Part shown: positions 8,858-18,494 of the stretch, in pieces
How positions within the stretch are numbered: the stretch's first letter is position 1
How the letters are laid out: each line of letters begins with the position of its first letter
Assembly: GCA_963705505.1 (NCBI GenBank)
Contig: CAVPJU010000010.1
Span: 1-64,000 of the forward strand
Reading direction: 5' to 3'
Source: an uncultured bacterium
GTDB lineage: Bacteria > Desulfobacterota_D > UBA1144 > Nemesobacterales > UBA2774
Length of the DNA stretch: 64,000 bases
Made by a program: the position numbers and the translations under genes
Notes under the pieces: generated by a model
Databases searched by the model: none
What the model saw: only the letters and a program-made list of their open reading frames with translations
What the model was told of the DNA's origin: nothing

Positions 8858-9850
8858 ATGAACAAGCACGTAAAAGTCGGAATATTCTTCGTGGTCGGTC
8901 TGTTGATACTGCTGGCGGTTTTCGACTTCGTGGGGGAGCTCCCGTTCCTGGGCTCGAATTTAAAATTGAAGACCTATTTTGCGTCGATCGGAGAGCTCCG
9001 CGAGGGGAACCCCGTGAAGCTGGAGGGTTTCGAGGTGGGCAAGATCTCGAAGATCACGCTCGCCGACAGGAAGATAGAGGTCGAGATGACCGTCAAGAAG
9101 AATAGCGGCATCAAAACCGACTCCGTCGCTACAATAAAACTGACGAGCCTCCTCGGCACGCATTATATAAACCTGTCGTACGGCGCCCCTGACAGTCCGC
9201 TCGCCAAATCGGGCGCGGTACTTCCGAGTGAGGAGCCTGCGGATATAAACGATATACTCGTGAAAGTCGACCAGGCGGTCGGCTCCATACAGTCGGCATT
9301 AAGCGCATTCGACGTCCTCGGTGAGAACAAGCAGCAGCTGACGAGCATCGTGAACAACCTCAATTCCGTGCTGGCGGGTCTCGAGAAAGGGGAAGGAACT
9401 TTCGGGAAGCTCCTCAAGGACGACGCGCTTTATACGGAGGCGAAGGGGGTGTTCACGAACGTAAACGATATAACGGCGTCCCTTAAAGAAGGGAAGGGCA
9501 CTCTCGGAAAGCTCCTTAACGACGACACTCTCTATGAAGACGCGAAGACCGCGCTCTCCGGTCTCGGCAATATGTCTGAAAAGCTCAACAACTCGAAGGG
9601 CACGATAGGGAAGCTCCTTAACGACGACACTCTCTATAACGAGGCGACCGGAGCAGCGACTAACCTCAACCAGATACTCGAGAAAGTCAACTCGGGGAAA
9701 GGCACTCTCGGGCAGCTCGTGAACGACGACAAGCTCTACAGGGACGCCCAGGATACGCTCCTCAAAGTGGACAAGAGCATAGACACGCTCGATGACCTCG
9801 CCCCCTTGGGCGTATTCGGCACTGCGCTCGGCGTGGTAACGCTCTTCTAG
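8858..9850 (+). CDS. mlaD: MCE/MlaD protein with four 34-aa helical repeats
   Basis: N-terminal TM helix, MCE domain (LREGNPVKLEGFEVGKI, SLLGTHYINL), four GT(L/F/I)G(K/Q)L(L/V)xDDxLY repeats. Confidence 0.9.
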   Translation: MNKHVKVGIFFVVGLLILLAVFDFVGELPFLGSNLKLKTYFASIGELREGNPVKLEGFEVGKISKITLADRKIEVEMTVKKNSGIKTDSVATIKLTSLLGTHYINLSYGAPDSPLAKSGAVLPSEEPADINDILVKVDQAVGSIQSALSAFDVLGENKQQLTSIVNNLNSVLAGLEKGEGTFGKLLKDDALYTEAKGVFTNVNDITASLKEGKGTLGKLLNDDTLYEDAKTALSGLGNMSEKLNNSKGTIGKLLNDDTLYNEATGAATNLNQILEKVNSGKGTLGQLVNDDKLYRDAQDTLLKVDKSIDTLDDLAPLGVFGTALGVVTLF

Positions 9851-10798
9851 ATGAAAATAGAGCCCGTCCCCTTATCGTCCATAGATACTGAAGACACGAC
9901 GTTCCTTACGGGGTCCATGGACGGAGTATCCTTCATAGCCGATTCCATACGCGAGATAGGGCTCATAAGCCCTCCCGTTCTGAGAAAGGCCGGGGATAAA
10001 TACCGTATAGTGACGGGACGGAAAAGAATATCGGCCTGCCGCGATCTCGGATATAGCGAAATAATCTCCAAAACATACGAAGAAGACGAGCTGTCGGATG
10101 AAGCTTGCATCAAAATTATTTACCACGATAACTGCGACCGCATGGACGATATGGAGCTTTCGGAGCTGGTGCTCAAATTCAGGGACCTCCTCGGGTGGGA
10201 CGACCGTGAGATGATAAGGGACGCCTTGCCCTACGTCGGGATACCGCCGTCGAGGAAGCAGTACGACAGGTGCATCGGTCTTGCGTCGCTTGACCGGGAG
10301 ATAAAGGACGCCTATTACGGAGAGGAGATAACCATAGAGCAGTGCCAGATGCTCTCGGAGTGCGCGCTTCCCGAAAAAGCTCTCGTTTTAAAAAGAGTCA
10401 TCGACAGGTACAGGCTCAATAATAATGAATCCCGGCAGGTTATAAAGGATATTGAAGAAATAGCCATAAGGGATAAACGCGCGTTCCCCGGCCTCATGGA
10501 CGAGATAGATGAGCGGATAGGCGACGGGGGGAAGGACGCGCTTCGCTCGGAGCTCAGAAAAGTGCGCTATCCTGCCCTTGCAAGTGTAGAGTCGGCCTGG
10601 GAGGAAACGCTCGGCAGCCTCAAACTCCCCGCAAATGTCAGCATCGTGACGAGCCCATTCTTCGAGGGCGGCGAAATAGAGATAAGGATCAGGCTGAAAT
10701 CCCCTGAAGAGCTGCCTCAGGCCCTCTCCGGGATCGGGGAAGCGTCGGCGGGCGGCGGGATCATACGGCTCATCAAGATCGTAAGGGAAGGGGAATGA
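9851..10798 (+). CDS. ParB/Srx N-terminal domain protein
   Basis: SIREIGLISPPVL...YRIVTGRKRISA; abuts mlaD stop. Confidence 0.75.
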   Translation: MKIEPVPLSSIDTEDTTFLTGSMDGVSFIADSIREIGLISPPVLRKAGDKYRIVTGRKRISACRDLGYSEIISKTYEEDELSDEACIKIIYHDNCDRMDDMELSELVLKFRDLLGWDDREMIRDALPYVGIPPSRKQYDRCIGLASLDREIKDAYYGEEITIEQCQMLSECALPEKALVLKRVIDRYRLNNNESRQVIKDIEEIAIRDKRAFPGLMDEIDERIGDGGKDALRSELRKVRYPALASVESAWEETLGSLKLPANVSIVTSPFFEGGEIEIRIRLKSPEELPQALSGIGEASAGGGIIRLIKIVREGE

Positions 10799-10880
10799 CT
10801 GCGGGCTCCCCTTTTTTCTCAAGTACGGTTAAGTTGGAATTTTGTATAGTATCTGCTCTGATTTCATCGGGCGACTATAC

Positions 10881-10910
10881 AAAAAAGGGAGCCGAAGCTC
10901 CCTTTTGTTT
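10881..10910. terminator. Bidirectional intrinsic terminator
   Basis: AAAAAAGGGAGC-CGAA-GCTCCCTTTT between convergent genes. Confidence 0.8.
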
Positions 10911-10938
10911 GCAATTATTGTTAAGCTTAAATCCTTGT

Positions 10939-11409
10939 TTATGCAACCGCTTTTCTTCTGCGCGCAGCAACGGTCAATCCGATTATACCCAAAATCCCCG
11001 CCATCGCTATCATGCCCCATTCGCTGAGTGTGGGTATGTTTCTCGGAAATACCAGACTGCATCCTCTTATCAGACGTAGTCTGCAAGCTTCGACTTCCTG
11101 ATCTGTAAGAGACACAAGTACGGGCTTATTTACAAAGTCGGTGATTTCACATGCCGATAGAGGGCTAGTAAATACTTGATATGCTGCCCCTACACCATTA
11201 CCAATATCACCACTAATTGCAACCACACTTGGATTTAGTGACCAAATGTTACCTTCGGCGATTTTACCGCCGGGGCAGAGAACACCAACGATTTGATTGC
11301 CGGAGAGTCCAATCGTCAATTGCTCGGTATCGCACGGGCATTGTTGCGCCAGGGCATAATTAGCGGCGAACAGAATAGTTAATAATGTTAGTAAACTAAA
11401 AGCTTTCAT
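10939..11409 (-). CDS. Cys-rich exported protein with IPTL-CTERM sorting signal
   Basis: Signal peptide; C-terminus IPTLSEWGMIAMAGILGIIGLTVAARRRK; AGGAGG RBS. Confidence 0.9.
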   Translation of the reverse strand: MKAFSLLTLLTILFAANYALAQQCPCDTEQLTIGLSGNQIVGVLCPGGKIAEGNIWSLNPSVVAISGDIGNGVGAAYQVFTSPLSACEITDFVNKPVLVSLTDQEVEACRLRLIRGCSLVFPRNIPTLSEWGMIAMAGILGIIGLTVAARRRKAVA

Positions 11410-11931
11410 TCTCGATCCTCCTTTAATTTATTTGCAATGAGCGTATATAAATTGATACGATTATAACATTTGTTGATTTGTAGTACAAACGATACGTTAC
11501 AAGTTAGTAATTGAGTGTTAAGGAGGACATAGGCTAATTAACGGCTGACAGTTGTGCGGGGTATTCACCGGGGACATCAGTCACATTGTCTGTTTGCTGA
11601 CGTTTCCCTCCTCGCATCCGCGTCTAAAATGCCCCCAAAAGCATTTGCAATTGCGAATAAACCTCTTGACAAAACGGGTATTTCCTGATTAATTTATATA
11701 TCTAGAATGAACTTGCCTCAATGCAGTCCTTATCGGGGATTTGAGGATAAGACAATAACCGCGGGCTCTTTGTCGGGCCAGGGCGATTCCGAAATATTAT
11801 TACTTTTCTTTTATTCCTATTTTCTTCGCATTTCGAAAGATTGTAAGCTAACGCGGTAAAGAATGTTATAAAAAGGCGAAATACGCTATGCGGAAAGCGG
11901 AAGGTCACACACAAGGTTAAGGAGAAGAATC

Positions 11932-12843
11932 ATGGGACTCAACAGGAGTTTTATAGGGAAGGAATACGAGCCTTCGGTGCACGTAGTCAGCACCGATGAA
12001 GTCATCGACTACGCATGGGCCATCGGAGCCCGTAATTTGAGTTATTTCAACTATAACGGAGCGTTTAATTTCAGCCATGAAAGCCCGGCTGGGATGGCCC
12101 CCCCGAGCTATGCGGTCACCTACGAGCTGCCGATACTCGAGCAGGTTTGGAGCGACCCCGAGCTCCACGGCGGAGTCGAGGAGGCCAAAAAGAACGTGCT
12201 TATGCTCGTACACGGCGACCAGAACATGAAATTTTACAAGCCCATAAGGCCCGGCGACAAGCTCACGTTCAGGACCAAGATAGTGGATATAGAGGACAAG
12301 GGCTCGGGCGAGCTGCTCAAGATAAACGTCCTCACGACGAATGAGAAGGGCGAGAAGGTTGTCGAGTCCGACTGGGGTCTTTTCATAAGGGGAATCGGGA
12401 GCGGGGAGAAGCCCAAGACCGCCCCGTCCAACGGAAAGCCCAAGGAAGCCCCGGAAGTGCCGCCGATCGCTTTCAGGGACATCATAAGGGTCCCGGGAGA
12501 CATCACATACAAATACGCCAAGGCGTCTAACGACATGAACCCTATACATATAAACGAAGAGGTTGCGAAGGAAGCGGGTCTCAGCGGGATAATAGTCCAC
12601 GGGCTCTGCACCATGTCCATGACCATGAGGGCGATAATAGAGAGCTACCTCGACAGCGACCCGTCGAAGCTGAAGTCCCTCGGAGTGCGCTTCACCGCGC
12701 CCGTATACCCGGGAGACACGATAATCGTGGACGGATGGGAAAAGGGGAGACAAAACGGGCACGTCGTGCTCGGTTTCGACGTTACTAGAAAGAGCGACAA
12801 CGTTAAAGTAATAAAGGGCGGTACTGCCGAAGTAGAGATATAG
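11932..12843 (+). CDS. Double hot-dog MaoC-family (R)-specific dehydratase
   Basis: LVHGDQ in N-domain; YAKASNDMNPIH and IVHGL in C-domain. Confidence 0.88.
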   Translation: MGLNRSFIGKEYEPSVHVVSTDEVIDYAWAIGARNLSYFNYNGAFNFSHESPAGMAPPSYAVTYELPILEQVWSDPELHGGVEEAKKNVLMLVHGDQNMKFYKPIRPGDKLTFRTKIVDIEDKGSGELLKINVLTTNEKGEKVVESDWGLFIRGIGSGEKPKTAPSNGKPKEAPEVPPIAFRDIIRVPGDITYKYAKASNDMNPIHINEEVAKEAGLSGIIVHGLCTMSMTMRAIIESYLDSDPSKLKSLGVRFTAPVYPGDTIIVDGWEKGRQNGHVVLGFDVTRKSDNVKVIKGGTAEVEI

Positions 12844-12881
12844 TACTTCCTTAACTTGCTTTGATGAATGATGAGTGAATG

Positions 12882-12914
12882 AGCGGCGGCCGCCAGGAAC
12901 CGCCGCTTTTTTTT
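12882..12914 (+). terminator. Intrinsic terminator
   Basis: AGCGGCGG...CCGCCGCT followed by a T run. Confidence 0.7.
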
Positions 12915-14598
12915 ATGCGGTATGTAAGCTTAGCGCTATCTGACCCCGGGCCTCGTCTTCGGGGCTCGCCCCGAATATCCTTCTCTCTATAAGCCCCAGC
13001 ATTTCAGGGATAGCGTTCTTTTCACGGGCGGATATGAGAGGCGCTCCGTAAGCCCTGGAGAGCCTTCTCGCAGCGTCCAAAGGCGTCTTGTCCGCCTTGT
13101 TGAGTACTATCATCCGCGGTATGGATTCGTAGCCCGTCTGCCCCAGTATCTTGTTTACGGACTCGATCCTCTCATCGACCATCGGGTCGCTCGCGTCCGC
13201 CACGTGCAGGAGGAGCGATGAGCCGCCCAATTCCTCGAGCGTCGCCCTGAACGCGTTCACAAGCTCCTTCGGCAGGTCGCTTATGAAACCCACCGTGTCC
13301 GTGATGAGTATTTCCCTCCCTCCGGGGAGCATTATCTTCCTCGTCGTCGGCACGAGCGTGGAGAAGAGCTTATTCTCCACGACCACTCCGCTGTTGGTGA
13401 GCGCGTTGAATAGCGTCGATTTCCCGACGTTCGTATACCCTATGAAAGTCACGGTCGGTATTCCCGTCTCCTTTCTCTTTTCCCTCGTCCTCTCTCGCCT
13501 CTTGCTCAACTGCGTTATCTCGTTCTCTAGGTTCTCTACCTGCTTCCTTATGCGTCTCCTTTCCTCTTCGAGCTTCTTTTCACCCGGCCCCCTCGTTCCT
13601 ATACCGCCTCCCAGCTGAGAGAGCTCCACCCCGTGCCCTACGAGTCTGGGCAGGTTGTATTTAAACTGCGCGAGCTTCACCTGCAGCTTCCCTTCCGCTG
13701 TGGTTGCGTGCCTCGCGAATATTTCCAGTATGAGCTGCGTCCTGTCCATTACGACGAGGTTCGTCTCGTCCGTGATGGACTTCACCTGTGCGGGCGTAAG
13801 CTCCACGTCGAATATGATCTTCTCGGCCCCGACCTGTTTAGCCGTAAGGATCGCTTCATGCAGCTTTCCCTTTCCGATCAGGTACCTCGGGTCTGTCCCT
13901 TTTCTTATCTGTATAATCGAGCCCAGTACGGCCTTGTTCGCGGATTTTGCGAGTGATTTTAATTCTTCTAAGGACTCTTCCGCCTCGGAGCGGTACTTCG
14001 TAGAGAAGCCTACGAGCAGCACTCCTTCCCGGTCTTTCGCTCCCCCATGCTCGTGGTACGATTTTTCGAGACTGTGCTCGACGTCCCTTATCAGCTCGTC
14101 GCAGCTTACGTCCACCTGCCCGAGGTCGCGGTACTCCTCCACCTGCCACTTCTTCCCGTCCTGGTTCGGCGGGAGCACGTGGGCGAGATAGAATGCGCCC
14201 GGATCGCCGTCCGGCCTCACTTCGAGAAGCCCCATGAGGTCGAGCCTTTCGTTGACGAGTGTGACCAGGTCGTTCTCGCTGAAGCCCGAATTTTTAAGGT
14301 GCGTGTGAACGAGCCTCGAACCCCTGAGCCTGTATTTCGCCTCCCTCGACCTTCCCAGAACCTCGTCGAACGGCAGCTCGTGCGAGTCGCCGAGGAATAT
14401 GGCGGAGATCTTCCCCTTTCTGTCTATGAGTACGGAGATTCCCTTCTTAAGCTCGTGTGAGAGCCTCGTAAGCGTTCTCGCAAGTTCCAATGTTATTACT
14501 TCTTTCGGGGGGATTTTCCTTCTGTAAAGCCTTTCAAGGTTGCCTGTTTCACTTCTCGTCAGACCGGATGTCTTTCCGTATATTTTACTTATATGCAC
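12913..14598 (-). CDS. hflX: GTPase HflX, long form
   Basis: DRTQLILEIFARHA, GIGTRGPGE, GYTNVGKS, DTVGF, NKAD. Confidence 0.95.
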   Translation of the reverse strand: MHISKIYGKTSGLTRSETGNLERLYRRKIPPKEVITLELARTLTRLSHELKKGISVLIDRKGKISAIFLGDSHELPFDEVLGRSREAKYRLRGSRLVHTHLKNSGFSENDLVTLVNERLDLMGLLEVRPDGDPGAFYLAHVLPPNQDGKKWQVEEYRDLGQVDVSCDELIRDVEHSLEKSYHEHGGAKDREGVLLVGFSTKYRSEAEESLEELKSLAKSANKAVLGSIIQIRKGTDPRYLIGKGKLHEAILTAKQVGAEKIIFDVELTPAQVKSITDETNLVVMDRTQLILEIFARHATTAEGKLQVKLAQFKYNLPRLVGHGVELSQLGGGIGTRGPGEKKLEEERRRIRKQVENLENEITQLSKRRERTREKRKETGIPTVTFIGYTNVGKSTLFNALTNSGVVVENKLFSTLVPTTRKIMLPGGREILITDTVGFISDLPKELVNAFRATLEELGGSSLLLHVADASDPMVDERIESVNKILGQTGYESIPRMIVLNKADKTPLDAARRLSRAYGAPLISAREKNAIPEMLGLIERRIFGASPEDEARGQIALSLHTA

Positions 14599-14719
14599 GC
14601 CTCCTGAGCGTATTTACTACTACTCTTATGATAAACATTTGTCGTAATCAGTCAAGGAGATTAATATTCCCTTAATCAATAATTTTTCCTGCTGTTTCGA
14701 GCCGAAGCGAATTATAAAA

Positions 14720-15055
14720 ACAGATCGCCACGTCGCTTCGCTCCTCGCGATGACAGAAAAAGAGGTGTCATTGCGAGCAAAGCGAAGCAATCTCATCTTT
14801 TGAATTTAATTCCCTCCCCCTAGAGGGGGAACTGCTTCGAGCAAGCGAGAAGTAGGACGCCCTGATCCTATAGTCTCTTGGGTAGCTGTGATCAGGCAAT
14901 CCGATCTATCGAGCATGTGGTGCGGGTGGCCGTTCGTCCTGCTTGTCCGGCGAAGTCTCGACGTCGCCGGAAGCCCACGAAGTACTGAACGGGTTTATCC
15001 GCGGATCCGAAACTACGGCTACACGTGTGCACTGACCCTATCGAAGTGCGATGTC
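14720..15055. repeat. Mosaic cluster of REP-like hairpins
   Basis: GATCGCCACGTCGCTTCGCTCCTCGCGATGAC / GTCATTGCGAGCAAAGCGAAGCAATCTC inverted pair, CCCTCCCCCTAGAGGGGGA hairpin, AAC-stem-GGACGCC unit, CCGTTCG...GAACGG. Confidence 0.6.
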
Positions 15056-15125
15056 ATAAGTATAGGGAACAAGGCGGGATACATCTGATACTTCAACCAA
15101 TTCTCTAGGGTTATCTCGGAGGCCG

Positions 15126-15962
15126 TTATTTGCCTGCCCGGAAAACACCCTGCACTACTATTACCCGGTCTTCCTTTAAGTTTCTGAACACATTTTTGAA
15201 TTTATCTATAAACGATGGTCCCATCACCAGGTTAAGCCCGAGCGGGGGAGGGGCGTCTTTCGGGGCTGAAGATATTAACTCAAGCTGGGTCTTAAACCAC
15301 TCTGAAGAAGGGTCGCTTACATCCCTCCACTCGATCTCGCTGAACCCCGTATCATTGAGCATTCCCCTGAGTTCATCCGGCGTGATTAAAAAACTTATGG
15401 AGGGGTCATTCGCCCACGGCACGGGGAAGTTTAAGGGGGAACGCGGGCCTGCGCATATTTCGTAGACGGCGAAGAGGCCGCCGGGTTTAAGAACCCGCGA
15501 GACTTCATTGAACAGCTTCGCTTTATTCTCGACGTTCATCTGCGTATGCATCGTCAACGCCCTGTCGAAAGAGCTGTCCTCGAAAGGCATGTCGGTCATA
15601 TCGCCCTGCCTGAACGTTACTTTGCCGCCGAGTCCGAGCATATCGGTCAGCATTTCCGCCGTCCGGCAGTACTCCTCGACGAGGTCGATTCCCGTAACAA
15701 GGCACCCGTACTCAGCCGCAATCGCGCGGGCGGGCCCTCCGAGTCCCGAGCCGAGGTCGAGCACAGTCATGCCTCGTTCAAGCCCCGCCATCTCAGCGAC
15801 CTCGATCGTCGCTTCGAGACCCCTGATGTGGAATTCGTCGAATATGGCCGTGTCCGTGTGGACCTTGATTTCTTTCCCCGCGCGCTCGAGGGCGGACAAT
15901 ATATCAGCGCCGAGGCCTTCATGTTCGTAATGCTCTTGTATCGCCTTTTCGTATTTCTTCAT
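15126..15962 (-). CDS. Class I SAM-dependent methyltransferase (sarcosine/dimethylglycine N-methyltransferase-like)
   Basis: DEFHIRG, VLDLGSGLGG, VLKPGG motifs. Confidence 0.85.
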   Translation of the reverse strand: MKKYEKAIQEHYEHEGLGADILSALERAGKEIKVHTDTAIFDEFHIRGLEATIEVAEMAGLERGMTVLDLGSGLGGPARAIAAEYGCLVTGIDLVEEYCRTAEMLTDMLGLGGKVTFRQGDMTDMPFEDSSFDRALTMHTQMNVENKAKLFNEVSRVLKPGGLFAVYEICAGPRSPLNFPVPWANDPSISFLITPDELRGMLNDTGFSEIEWRDVSDPSSEWFKTQLELISSAPKDAPPPLGLNLVMGPSFIDKFKNVFRNLKEDRVIVVQGVFRAGK

Positions 15963-16131
15963 GCTGCACACGATTTCTACTTATGGATTCAATACATAGA
16001 GATAATTCTAACTGTATTGAATGGGAATAAGCGAATCAACTCATTTTTCTCGGAATCACTTTGACTGAAATGTTCGGAATATTATCGGAGTGCCTACCGG
16101 GTTCAGTGTGGATCACAGGATTCGAGAAACG

Positions 16132-18117
16132 TTACGGCTGTCTCGGGGGTCCGATCAGAGGCGCATCAACCGGGGCTGCAAGTCCGAAGAAGACCACCAA
16201 CCCGTCCCCCCCGCATTCGGTCGAAGCCTGCTGACACCCGGTCTCGGACATCTTGAGGCACACTTCGAGGTCGTTCACGTTGTTCGCCACCCAGACGTTG
16301 CCGGCCTGGTCTATCTCGACAGCGGTCAGGTGCTGTAAAGCCCCTCCGCCGTCATATCCCGTCGAAGGCGAGATCGGGTCACCTGTCGTGAGATTCTGAG
16401 GGCAGTTTTCGGTCCTCACTCCGCAGAGATTAGTCAGGGTCTTCCCGTTGAAATTGGCGACCCAGATGTTATCAGCGCCGTCAACGGCTACTCCCCAGGG
16501 GCCCTGTATGCCCCCGCCCGTGTAAGGCGAGCCGGGAGCGTTCGCGCCGAAGGGGTCGAGCAGAGTGACGCTCCCTCCGCCGGGCTCTCCCTGCCCGGTA
16601 AGGTTAGCTATCCACACGTTCCCGATGCTGTCTATCGCAAGACCCTTGGGCTCGCTTATCCCGCCGTAGCCCGCGTCTGACTGAAATACGGGGTTTCCGA
16701 GCGCGTCTATCTCTGTCACCGTATTCCCCGCGCCGTTCGTTATCCAGAGGTCACCGCTGAGATCGAGCGCGATGTCGAAAGGCTTGTCGAGCGTGTCCGT
16801 CCCCGGGTAGGCGAAATTTACCGGATTATCGGGGTCGCCTCCGGGGAATATAATCAGCGAGTTCCCGCATCCGGGGCATCCGGTTGAGGGCTTGTTGTTG
16901 ACGAGCCACACGTTCCCGTCGTAATCGACGATAGTCCCCTGCACCTTGCTCGTATTCCCGTTCGCCTTATAGCCTGTCACGTCGGGAGAAAGCGGAGTCC
17001 CGTCCGGGGTGAGGAGCGATACGCTGTCCCCCTGATAGTTCCCTATCCATATGTTCCCCGTCTGATCGACCGCGAGGCCGAACCCCGCGCCGTCTATCCC
17101 ACCTCCCGTGAAGCCGAAAGCTGGAGATAGCGGGAAGCCGTCGGGCGAGAGCTTTGTCGCGCCGATCCCGCCAATCGAGCAGTCCGTGAGGTCCGACTGG
17201 GAGCCGAATAAAAAGTTGTTCGTGGCCCATACGTTCCCGTCCTCGTCTATCGCTATCGCTCCCGGCGCGTCGAGTCCCCCGCCCGTGTATTTAAGAGCGA
17301 TAGTCCAGGCGGCGGGCGGTGAGTTGAGCACCGGGAAATAAGGCTCGTCCCCGGAGAGGAGCGCGAAGATGCCAACGACGTTCCACCAGGGGTTAAGGGC
17401 TATGTTATGTAATGCGGTGAGTGTGTCCGAAGGCGGGTTCCATCCCGGCGGAGTTGAGGCCGTAAAGAGTCTGCCGCACGCGTCTGACGGCGAGAGCGCC
17501 GCGCATGAATGGATAATGTTGCCGAGCGTGTTGACCTCCGCAAGCGCGATCGTCTGCGAGCCGTTAACGGCGTTCTGTATCACCGCGCCGGGTCCGCCTG
17601 TTCCAATGTTCACTATGTTCCGGACATTTCCCGCGGCGTTATATATCCCGGTCCCATTCCCTATAATCGTGTTTCCGCTCAGGAACTGCGCGTTCGTCCA
17701 AACCGAAGCAATGGTAGTAAGCTCGTTCAGGGTCACGGAATCGGGCTTGTCGCCGACCTCGCCTATCACTGTCAGCAGGGCTATTGCGTTATTGGGAGAA
17801 GCGTTTCCCTCGGGCGTCCCTCCGCGCGCGATCGCGTATAAGATCCCGCTCTCCGAGGGGCGGCTGAATTTTATGCTGAAATTCCCCTCGCTGTCGGTCG
17901 TGTCGAATCCTAACGTTTCGGAGATAATCGTGCCCGCGCCGTAGAGCGTTACACTCGACCCCGATACCGGCGATTCTCCGGCGAGGACCCGGCCTTTGAG
18001 CGTGAGGTCCGACCCTCCGGAGTCGCAGCCTGAAATAGCTGCCGCGAATAAAATAATCCCGGCGGCCTTTAATAACAAAGGCTTGTTATTCACTCTGGAT
18101 GTCCCCCCCGAGAACAC
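16132..18117 (-). CDS. Lipoprotein with NHL-like beta-propeller repeats
   Basis: Lipobox AISGC; repeated (L/I/V)A(I/V/L)DxxGN(V/I)W(I/V)xN units. Confidence 0.85.
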   Translation of the reverse strand: MFSGGTSRVNNKPLLLKAAGIILFAAAISGCDSGGSDLTLKGRVLAGESPVSGSSVTLYGAGTIISETLGFDTTDSEGNFSIKFSRPSESGILYAIARGGTPEGNASPNNAIALLTVIGEVGDKPDSVTLNELTTIASVWTNAQFLSGNTIIGNGTGIYNAAGNVRNIVNIGTGGPGAVIQNAVNGSQTIALAEVNTLGNIIHSCAALSPSDACGRLFTASTPPGWNPPSDTLTALHNIALNPWWNVVGIFALLSGDEPYFPVLNSPPAAWTIALKYTGGGLDAPGAIAIDEDGNVWATNNFLFGSQSDLTDCSIGGIGATKLSPDGFPLSPAFGFTGGGIDGAGFGLAVDQTGNIWIGNYQGDSVSLLTPDGTPLSPDVTGYKANGNTSKVQGTIVDYDGNVWLVNNKPSTGCPGCGNSLIIFPGGDPDNPVNFAYPGTDTLDKPFDIALDLSGDLWITNGAGNTVTEIDALGNPVFQSDAGYGGISEPKGLAIDSIGNVWIANLTGQGEPGGGSVTLLDPFGANAPGSPYTGGGIQGPWGVAVDGADNIWVANFNGKTLTNLCGVRTENCPQNLTTGDPISPSTGYDGGGALQHLTAVEIDQAGNVWVANNVNDLEVCLKMSETGCQQASTECGGDGLVVFFGLAAPVDAPLIGPPRQP

Positions 18118-18189
18118 ATGGATAGGGCTATACAGTAACAGATTTCAACCCATAATCAATCGAAAATTGTTTTGTGTTGTCTTTTATAA

Positions 18190-18376
18190 ATTCCTCTCCC
18201 CGCCGTGGAACGATTCCGAGCAAGCAAGGAATCGGACGCCCTTACATGAAAGGTGACAAAGCTCATTAAGTTCCGAAACCAAAATAGGCAGGATTTGATT
18301 TGTTGTCATTCCCGAGAAATCGGGAATCTAATTATTCCCTTCCCTCTTGAAGGGATAAGGACAGGACGGGGGTGAA
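18190..18376. repeat. Cluster of REP-like hairpins
   Basis: AAC-GATTCC-loop-GGAATC-GGACGCC; GTCATTCCCGAGAAATCGGGAATC; CCCTTCCCTCTTGAAGGG. Confidence 0.55.
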
Positions 18377-18494
18377 AAAATCTTCCCCGTTAAAACAAAT
18401 TCCCTTCCTCACCCGTGTATAGCTCTTTTCGGATACACCTTTCCCGTTCTGATTCCCTTCGTGTTTGCGGGTTAATTAAGAAATTCCAATGCCC

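Noticed and set aside
9509..9637. 27-bp direct repeat AAGCTCCTTAACGACGACACTCTCTAT
   Set aside because: Explained by the protein repeats inside mlaD
11917..12762. Long antisense ORFs here and at 6076-6828, 54688-55428, 61700-62488 and similar
   Set aside because: Shadow frames of well-supported GC-rich genes on the opposite strand
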